Part shown: piece by piece, positions 57,298 through 64,000 of the stretch
Layout: each line of letters starts with the position of its first letter
Numbering within the stretch: the first letter of the stretch is position 1
Source of the DNA: an uncultured candidate division Zixibacteria bacterium
GTDB taxonomy: Bacteria > Zixibacteria > MSB-5A5 > UBA10806 > 4484-95
Length of the DNA: 64,000 bases
Reading direction: 5' to 3'
Assembly: GCA_963668625.2 (NCBI GenBank)
Contig: CAXXKA010000008.1
Coordinates: 544,001 to 608,000 of the forward strand
Made by a program: the position numbers and the translations under genes
Notes under the pieces: model-generated
Databases searched by the model: none
The model's input: the letters and a program-made list of their open reading frames with translations, nothing else
What the model was told of the DNA's origin: nothing

Positions 57298-58671
57298 ATG
57301 ATGGCACAGACAGTTAATCCAAATAGAATTCACACCCTGGTTGAAGGTGAGATCGGCGCCGGCCCGGTCGTATACTGGATGAGCCGCGATCAGCGGGTCG
57401 CCGATAACTGGGCGTTATTATACGCCAAAAAACTTGCCGATGAAACCCGTTCGCCGCTGGCCGTGATATTTAATCTGGCGCCGGAATTTTTAGATGCAAC
57501 GACCCGTCACTATGAATTTATACTTAATGGGATGGAACAGGTTGAAATCGATCTGCTCAAGCTCAATATCCCAATGTTTTTGCTACCGGGGAATCCCGAA
57601 AAGACTATACCATCATTTGTAAAAAAACAGAAAATAGCCTCGCTTGTGACCGATTTCAATCCCCTGAAAATATCAAAGGGCTGGAAAAATCAGGTCAGAT
57701 CGAAAATCACCATACCATTTTACGAGGTGGATGCCCATAACATAGTTCCGGTATGGATCGCCTCGAATAAACAGGAATACGCCGCCTACACAATCAGGCC
57801 GAAAATCCATAAGCATCTGGATGAGTATTTAACCGATTACCCGAAACTGTACAAACATAAACACAAATGGCCGGGTGAAACTGCCCATATCGACTGGCGC
57901 AAAGCCCGCAAAACATTGAAAGTCGATAACTCCGAGGGCGAGGTTGACTGGCTTAAACCGGGAGAGCATGCGGCTGTGAAAGCGATGTCTTCGTTTTTTA
58001 AAAAACGATTGCCGGACTACTACAGCAAGCGCAACGATCCCAACCACGAGGCCCAATCGAATCTATCACCTTACCTTCATTTCGGGCAGCTTTCGGCGCA
58101 AAGGCTGGCGTACGAGACCCAGCGATTCGATGCCGATATAACCTCGCAGGAGGCGTTTCTAGAGGAGTTGATTATCAGGCGGGAGCTTGCCGATAACTAC
58201 TGCCACTATGCTTCCGACTACGATAATTTCGATGGTTTACCGGCCTGGGCCCGAGATACCTTAGAAGCCCATAGCCGCGACAAACGCGAGTATATCTACA
58301 CCCTCGATCAATTCGAGTCCGGCGTAACCCATGATGAATTGTGGAATGCCGCTCAGCGTGAAATGGTAATAACCGGTAAGATGCATGGCTATATGCGTAT
58401 GTACTGGGCTAAAAAAATACTCGAATGGACTGAAACCCCGAGGCGCGCGCAGGAGATTGCCATATATCTTAACGATAGAAATTCCCTCGATGGCCGAGAC
58501 CCGAACGGCTATGCCGGTATCGCCTGGAGTATCGGTGGGCTGCACGACCGCGCCTGGGCCGAGCGTAAGATATTTGGCAAAATCAGATATATGAATTATA
58601 ATGGTTGTAGACGGAAATTCGATGTACCGGCGTATATCGACAGGATCAATAATATCAGGATCGATAAGTAA
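57298..58671 (+). CDS. phrB: Class II CPD photolyase
   Basis: YWMSRDQRVADNWAL, SNLSPYLHFGQ, RRELADN, GKMHGYMRMYWAKKILEW, LDGRDPNG. Confidence 0.93.
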   Translation: MMAQTVNPNRIHTLVEGEIGAGPVVYWMSRDQRVADNWALLYAKKLADETRSPLAVIFNLAPEFLDATTRHYEFILNGMEQVEIDLLKLNIPMFLLPGNPEKTIPSFVKKQKIASLVTDFNPLKISKGWKNQVRSKITIPFYEVDAHNIVPVWIASNKQEYAAYTIRPKIHKHLDEYLTDYPKLYKHKHKWPGETAHIDWRKARKTLKVDNSEGEVDWLKPGEHAAVKAMSSFFKKRLPDYYSKRNDPNHEAQSNLSPYLHFGQLSAQRLAYETQRFDADITSQEAFLEELIIRRELADNYCHYASDYDNFDGLPAWARDTLEAHSRDKREYIYTLDQFESGVTHDELWNAAQREMVITGKMHGYMRMYWAKKILEWTETPRRAQEIAIYLNDRNSLDGRDPNGYAGIAWSIGGLHDRAWAERKIFGKIRYMNYNGCRRKFDVPAYIDRINNIRIDK

Positions 58672-58673
58672 TA

Positions 58674-59132
58674 ATGAAAACCTACTCTTTACAAAGAAAG
58701 CAACTGATCAAAAGACCTCTCGATGAGGTGTTCGAGTTTTTCAGTCGCCCCGAGAACCTGACAGTTATCACGCCGACCTCTCTGGGATTCGATATGCTAA
58801 CCCCCCTCCCGCTGGATATGCAGGTCGGCACCCTGATTGACTACACGGTCAAACCAATGATGTTTCCTCTGCGCTGGCGAACGCTGATTACCGAATACGA
58901 TCCGCCACACAAATTCATCGACCAACAGTTGAAAGGACCCTACAGTTTCTGGCATCACACCCACACTTTCGAGCATACACCGGAGGGCACGCTAATAACC
59001 GATGACCTGGTTTACGCTATTCCGTTCGGTATTATAGGAAGGTTGGCGCATGCGTTATTCGTCAAAAATAAACTTAAAATGATATTCGATTACCGGGTGA
59101 AAGCGATCTCCGGATATTTCGAGAGCAAGTAA
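58674..59132 (+). CDS. SRPBCC family protein
   Basis: FFSRPENL..ITP, FIDQQLKGPYSFWHHTHTF, IFDYR. Confidence 0.85.
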   Translation: MKTYSLQRKQLIKRPLDEVFEFFSRPENLTVITPTSLGFDMLTPLPLDMQVGTLIDYTVKPMMFPLRWRTLITEYDPPHKFIDQQLKGPYSFWHHTHTFEHTPEGTLITDDLVYAIPFGIIGRLAHALFVKNKLKMIFDYRVKAISGYFESK

Positions 59133-59209
59133 GCCGTTGTCGCGGATTCTGGAAATATTCCGACAGGATTCCTGACTGACATTTTAACAGAGGGAATGAT
59201 AATTACGAC

Positions 59210-60115
59210 ATGAAAATAGTACTGGCTGGATGTACGGGGTTTATCGGGGGTAGTTTGACTGAATCATTGGCTTCCGATGGTCATGAGATTATCAGTTTGA
59301 CAAGAGATCCCGGTAAATATGATGGATTCAAAAATGTTACCTATATCAAGTGGGATGCTCGTGCCGCCGGTGATTGGACCAAGCATATAAACGGAGCGGA
59401 TGCTGTAGTGAACCTGGCGGGAGAGCCGCTTGCCGAGAAGCGCTGGACACGTTACCAGAAAGAATGGATTCTTAACAGCCGGGTGGAAAGTACGAAAGCG
59501 ATCGTTCAGGCAATCGCTGCAACCGGTAGCAAACCCGCCACACTCATTAACGCCTCGGCTGTGGGTTATTATGGCAATGTTAAAACCGGCGAGGTGGATG
59601 AGAGCCACGAAAGAGGCGAGGGCTTTTTAGCCGATGTATGCTTGCAGTGGGAAAACGAGGCCTCGAAAGTAGTTGAATTCGGTACGCGGCTGGTAATTCT
59701 ACGAACAGGGGTAGTATTGGAAAAGGACGGCGGCGCTTTAAAAAGTATGCTCTCGGCATTTAATTCGTATGCCGGTGGTACGCCTGGTTCGGGCAAACAA
59801 TGGGTACCCTGGATACATCGTGAGGATGTTATATCTGCCATAAAGTATACACTGGCGAACGCTTCACTGGAGGGCGCGATAAATCTAAGTTCGCCTAATC
59901 CTGTAACCATGAAAGAACTGGCTACGACCATTGGCAGAGTGATTAAAAAGCCGATGTGGGCTCAGGTGCCGTCACTGGTAGTAAAAGCCGCCCTGGGCGA
60001 AATGGCGGATATGCTTCTAACCGGCCAGAAAGCGATACCGCGAAAACTTACCCGCGTCGGGTTCGAGTTCAAGTTCCCGCAATTGGCGGGTGCCTTGAAA
60101 GATATTCTGTTATAG
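59210..60115 (+). CDS. TIGR01777 family NAD-dependent epimerase/oxidoreductase
   Basis: GCTGFIG, VVNLAGE, SAVGYYG, FLADVC..WE, GSGKQWVPWIH. Confidence 0.9.
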   Translation: MKIVLAGCTGFIGGSLTESLASDGHEIISLTRDPGKYDGFKNVTYIKWDARAAGDWTKHINGADAVVNLAGEPLAEKRWTRYQKEWILNSRVESTKAIVQAIAATGSKPATLINASAVGYYGNVKTGEVDESHERGEGFLADVCLQWENEASKVVEFGTRLVILRTGVVLEKDGGALKSMLSAFNSYAGGTPGSGKQWVPWIHREDVISAIKYTLANASLEGAINLSSPNPVTMKELATTIGRVIKKPMWAQVPSLVVKAALGEMADMLLTGQKAIPRKLTRVGFEFKFPQLAGALKDILL

Positions 60116-60119
60116 GGAG

Positions 60120-61097
60120 GTGGCAAGTATGGTCACGGTACAAAACGAGGATAAGATCAGGATCGGTATCAGCTCTTGTTTGTTAGGGGAGAATGTCCGT
60201 TACGATGGTGGGCACAAACGCGATAAATACATTCTGGATGTTCTGGGGCCACACCTTAAATTCGTGCCGGTCTGCCCGGAGGTCGAGGTTGGTATGGGTG
60301 TTCCTCGCGAGTCGGTTCGTCTGACCGGGGAGTTCGATTCGCCGAGAATGGTGGGCAATAAAACGGGCGAGGACTGGACCGAACGCATGATAAAGTTTCG
60401 AGAGCAACGCCTGAAACAACTGGAAAAATACCGGCTCAGTGGTTACATTTTCAAAAAGAAATCTCCGAGCTGCGGCATGGAGAGAGTGAAAGTGTATTCC
60501 GAAAGCGGACGGGCGGAAAATAAAGGTCGGGGATTGTGGGCCGGCGCGCTTCAGAAACGTTTCCCCCTGCTGCCGGTAGAGGAGGAGGGACGGCTAAACG
60601 ATTTGAAACTTCGAGAGAATTTCATCGTCCGGGTTTTCGCTTATAGTAGTCTTCTAGAAGTATTCGATAAGGTGCGGTTCGAACGGGGTGAGATCGTAAA
60701 ATTTCATACCGCCCACAAGCTTCTACTTATGGCGCACAGTCCTAAGCACTATAAAGAACTGGGAAAACTCGTGGCTGGTATCTCCAAAATTAAACCCTCG
60801 GAATTCGGGACACGATACCGTGATTTATTCATGACCGCGCTAAAACTGAAAGCCACCAGCAAGAAAAATACCAATGTTCTACATCACATGATGGGCTATC
60901 TGAAAAAGTATCTGGATAAAACCGAAAAGGAAAACATTCTGGACACCATAAACGACTACCATAAGGAATTGGTACCGCTCATCGTGCCGCTTACATTATT
61001 GAAACACTATATCAGTAAATTCAAAATCGAATATCTCGAAAACCAATCATATCTCAATCCTCATCCCAAGGAACTGATGCTGAGAAATCACGTTTAG
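60120..61097 (+). CDS. DUF523 + DUF1722 (YbgA-like) protein
   Basis: GISSCLLGENVRYDGGH, VCPEVE, KSPSCG, EEEGRL, KLLLMAH, YLNPHPKELMLRNH. Confidence 0.9.
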   Translation: MASMVTVQNEDKIRIGISSCLLGENVRYDGGHKRDKYILDVLGPHLKFVPVCPEVEVGMGVPRESVRLTGEFDSPRMVGNKTGEDWTERMIKFREQRLKQLEKYRLSGYIFKKKSPSCGMERVKVYSESGRAENKGRGLWAGALQKRFPLLPVEEEGRLNDLKLRENFIVRVFAYSSLLEVFDKVRFERGEIVKFHTAHKLLLMAHSPKHYKELGKLVAGISKIKPSEFGTRYRDLFMTALKLKATSKKNTNVLHHMMGYLKKYLDKTEKENILDTINDYHKELVPLIVPLTLLKHYISKFKIEYLENQSYLNPHPKELMLRNHV

Positions 61098-61321
61098 GAT
61101 ATTTTCCGTGTAGTATCGTATATATTTTTTGAATTATATATCGGAAGTTTCACCGAGCCGCCTTTACATGTCAATTAATATAATATTCGGTACCGGTCAC
61201 GAATCTTATATTAAGTTGTCAACAAAAGATCGTGTACGCTATAATCTTATAAGGTCATAAACACTAATCAATTAAGCATCATCGCTACTGCCCGGCCTTT
61301 CCGTCTCGTTGCGAAGCACTG

Positions 61322-61571
61322 GGGTTTCACTATTTCGAACCGGCTAAATTCATCGCAGTTATTACTCCTGGCTAAATCAGCCAGCCTGGGCCGGATTCAG
61401 GGAAGGTTCAACTCATACGAGTCGGTGGCGGGGTTGATCGGCGCCGGCGGTATAGTCTGGAAACTGTTCGGACATGAGACTACATTCATTGCCGGGGCGG
61501 TAATTGTCTTTATCGATATGCTATTCGCTTTCAAGATTCCCGGACGCGGGGTTATCAAGGCAACTGAATAG
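61322..61571 (+). pseudogene. MFS transporter remnant (frameshifted, internally deleted), preceded by a MITE end at 61283-61322
   Basis: GFHYFEP / SQLLLL..LGRIQGRFNSYESVAGLIGAG / GIVWKLFGHETTFIAGAVIV; no start codon. Confidence 0.5.
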
Positions 61572-61645
61572 GTATATTAGATAGATATATCCCAAAAACT
61601 AATTCATCTTATTAAGAAATTCTACAAATTATCTTTAAAAACCGC

Positions 61646-61674
61646 TTGACATTAAATGAACGATCATTTATTAT
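61646..61674 (+). promoter_or_regulatory. tetR promoter with palindromic operator
   Basis: TTGACA-17-TATTAT; TAAATGA-acga-TCATTTA palindrome in the spacer. Confidence 0.75.
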
Positions 61675-61680
61675 AAGGCC

Positions 61681-62253
61681 GTGAGAATTAAGGATGAACA
61701 TAAACAAGAGGCAATAATCACGGCCACCATAAAATTGGTTAATGAAATCGGCTTTGTCGCCAGTTCCGTTTCTAAAATTGCCGCCGAGGCCGAGGTTTCA
61801 CCGGCAACGTTGTATATCTATTACAAGAATAAGGAGGATTTATTGGTCTCTACTTATGTCGATATCAAGAAAAACCTCAGTGATGCCATGCTGAAAGGTT
61901 TTGACAACGATCAACCTATTCGGGACATATTACGCAAAATATGGCTGAAAACATTCGCCTACATCTCGGAAAACGGAGAATACTTTAAATATACCGAACA
62001 ATTCGCCAATTCACCTTATTCCGGACTCGTCAATATGGAACAGGTCAATCAGTATTTCGAGCCATTGAAAAAGGTATTCCGAAGAGGTATTGAACAGAAA
62101 ATCATCAAGGATGTCGACATCGACCTCCTGTGGATTTTCATGATTCATCCTATACTGGCTTTAGCCAATCCCCGGCTATGTAAAAATTTTGAGATGACTG
62201 ACGAGAGTGTGGAGGCAGCGTTCAACCTGGCCTGGGATGCTATCAAATTATAG
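61681..62253 (+). CDS. TetR/AcrR transcriptional regulator
   Basis: GF...SVSKIAAEAEVSPATLYIYYKNKEDL. Confidence 0.92.
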   Translation: MRIKDEHKQEAIITATIKLVNEIGFVASSVSKIAAEAEVSPATLYIYYKNKEDLLVSTYVDIKKNLSDAMLKGFDNDQPIRDILRKIWLKTFAYISENGEYFKYTEQFANSPYSGLVNMEQVNQYFEPLKKVFRRGIEQKIIKDVDIDLLWIFMIHPILALANPRLCKNFEMTDESVEAAFNLAWDAIKL

Positions 62254-62272
62254 ATTTTTTTTGCGAGTTTTA

Positions 62273-62292
62273 TTAAATGAATGTTCACTTAA
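62273..62292 (+). promoter_or_regulatory. Second TetR-type operator copy
   Basis: TTAAATGAATGTTCACTTAA, similar to the tetR promoter palindrome, upstream of the AKR. Confidence 0.6.
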
Positions 62293-62343
62293 TAGGTCAG
62301 TACATTAGACATCATTTGTCTATTTAAAAAAGGAGAGACGAAA

Positions 62344-63381
62344 ATGCAATACAAACCACTGGGAAACACCGGTCTTTATATCTCTGAGATTACTCTGGGA
62401 GCGATGACTTTCAGTTATAAGGATGATCCGTTCGGCTCGATGATCGGGCAGGTCGATCTCAAGGCCACTACGAAGATGATCGATATCTCGATAGAGCATG
62501 GCGTTAACCTGATCGATACCGCTAATATGTATTCCAACGGCCAATCCGAGGAGCTAGTCGGCAAGGCTCTGGGTGATCGCCGCAAGGACATGCTGGTAGC
62601 CACTAAAGTGTATTTCCCGGCTAGCCCGGAGATCAACGCTATGGGCACGAGCCGTCTGGCAATAATGCGCGAGGTAGAGCTTAGCCTCAAAAGGTTGAAT
62701 ACCGACTGGATCGATCTTTACCAGGTACATCGTTTTGATGAGACCACGCCGATCGAGGAAACCCTGCGTTCTCTGGATGACCTGGTTCGCCAGGGCAAAG
62801 TACGTTATATCGGCCTGTCGAATTTTTCCGCCTGGCAGATAGCCAAGGCAATCGGAATATCCGAGCGCTGGGGCTGGGAGAAATTCTGCTCGGTACAAGC
62901 GTACTATTCGCTGGCGGGACGAGAGCTGGAACGAGAGATAATCCCGGTTGCCAGGGATAACGGCATGGGCATACTGGTATGGAGTCCGCTGGCCGGCGGT
63001 TTCCTGGCCGGTAAATACACTCGCGAGGATGAGGGCGAGGGCCGTCGTAAGAAATTCGATTTCCCGCCGGTAAACAAAGAACGGGGCTTCGATATCATCG
63101 ATAAACTCAAGGAGATCGGCAAGGCGCATGATGCCAGCGCGGCACAGATTGCGCTAGCCTGGTTAAACCATAAATCAAGTGTAACCAGTATCATCATTGG
63201 AGCTACCAAGGAAAACCAGCTTATAGATAATCTCAAGTCGGTGGAGATTAAATTAAGTGTTGAGGAGATGACCGTTCTCGATGAGGTCAGCGCATTCAAG
63301 CCTGAGTACCCCAACTGGATGATGCCTGTGGAGCGAGGTAAAGACCCCTGGGCTCGTCACCGTAATAATATTAAGGAGTAA
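62344..63381 (+). CDS. Aldo/keto reductase
   Basis: LGAMTF, IDTANMYS, ATKV, IDLYQVH, GKVRYIGLSN, WSPLAGG, IIGA. Confidence 0.93.
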   Translation: MQYKPLGNTGLYISEITLGAMTFSYKDDPFGSMIGQVDLKATTKMIDISIEHGVNLIDTANMYSNGQSEELVGKALGDRRKDMLVATKVYFPASPEINAMGTSRLAIMREVELSLKRLNTDWIDLYQVHRFDETTPIEETLRSLDDLVRQGKVRYIGLSNFSAWQIAKAIGISERWGWEKFCSVQAYYSLAGRELEREIIPVARDNGMGILVWSPLAGGFLAGKYTREDEGEGRRKKFDFPPVNKERGFDIIDKLKEIGKAHDASAAQIALAWLNHKSSVTSIIIGATKENQLIDNLKSVEIKLSVEEMTVLDEVSAFKPEYPNWMMPVERGKDPWARHRNNIKE

Positions 63382-63429
63382 TTGCCATCTTCGGTAAGTG
63401 ATAAATCCCTGCTATACCATTAGCTGGAA

Positions 63430-63460
63430 GCCGTCAGGTATATGCCTGACGGTTTTCGTT
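63430..63460. terminator. Terminator hairpin between convergent genes
   Basis: GCCGTCAGG-tatatg-CCTGACGGT followed by TTT. Confidence 0.7.
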
Positions 63461-63495
63461 TGAGTGGAGATTAGAATTTTCCTCGATCGGTTTTT

Positions 63496-64000
63496 CTATT
63501 TAGAACTATGCCACATCGGAAATCGATATAGTTTATTTTTAATTATATAAATGGTTAATACCAGGGAGATAATAGAACACAAGCAGATTGCCGGCAGAGA
63601 GGCCTCGATCCCAAAGGCTCCTCCGGTTAACAAGTGTCGCCCGTTTAAAGCTGATTTCAATAAACCGGTAGTTTCCACGCCCGAGACAGTTATTCCATAG
63701 ATACCGCCCATCGTAAAATTCCAGGCAAAATGAAATCCTATTATTAGCCATAACCGCCTTGTTATCAAATATAACAACGTTAACATAACACCGAATTCTA
63801 ACGATACGGCCAGAGTGCTGAATGTGTTTGCCCCGGGATTTGTCGCGTGAGTGATTCCAACCTCGAAGGCGCAAACAATCAATGCCAACCAGCTTCCTAT
63901 ACCCTCCTCGAGTAATCTGAATATAATACCGCGAGTAAAAAGTTCCTCAAGGAAACCAATCACTATATTCATCAGCAAAAACATTATAGTGAGTGAACTG
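63496..64000 (-). CDS. CPBP (CAAX/Abi) intramembrane metalloprotease (5' end outside window)
   Basis: EELFTRG, H..NP, GFHFAWNF, TGGAFGIEAS. Confidence 0.85.
   Translation of the reverse strand, partial: SSLTIMFLLMNIVIGFLEELFTRGIIFRLLEEGIGSWLALIVCAFEVGITHATNPGANTFSTLAVSLEFGVMLTLLYLITRRLWLIIGFHFAWNFTMGGIYGITVSGVETTGLLKSALNGRHLLTGGAFGIEASLPAICLCSIISLVLTIYIIKNKLYRFPMWHSSK

Overview
Bacterial chromosomal window with alternating higher-GC core and AT-rich accessory tracts. The secreted proteins with GDAN dockerin-like and FlgD/T9SS-like C-termini suggest an FCB-related lineage such as candidate Zixibacteria (inference). Core content: a GlmL/MutL-like actin-fold ATPase and an uncharacterised partner, a glucosyl/mannosyl-glycerate compatible-solute cluster, M32 carboxypeptidase, an H1-like/SWIB protein, pckA, pgi, glgP, tRNA-Glu(CTC), galT, ggt, glnA, a DUF3857/transglutaminase pair, a photolyase cluster and a TetR-AKR pair. 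Most notable accessory content: (1) an intact IS110 inserted into a Shine-Dalgarno sequence, with a reconstructable circle-junction promoter and a left non-coding end carrying copies of both target and donor motifs (candidate SD-targeting bridge RNA); (2) a 78-aa ORF, a hairpin and an EpeE/YydG-like radical SAM enzyme (candidate new RiPP system); (3) a C5-MTase / GHKL ATPase with C-terminal HEPN-like motif / Vsr operon lacking a restriction nuclease (candidate defence system); (4) a ~255-bp MITE in two full copies, each with a perfect 9-bp TSD; (5) a ~9.5-kb degenerate island at tRNA-Glu carrying Cys-rich repeat surface proteins; (6) a RAYT gene bracketed by duplicated REP triplets. No CRISPR array or rRNA seen. 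Family assignments come from motif recognition by eye, not from database searches.
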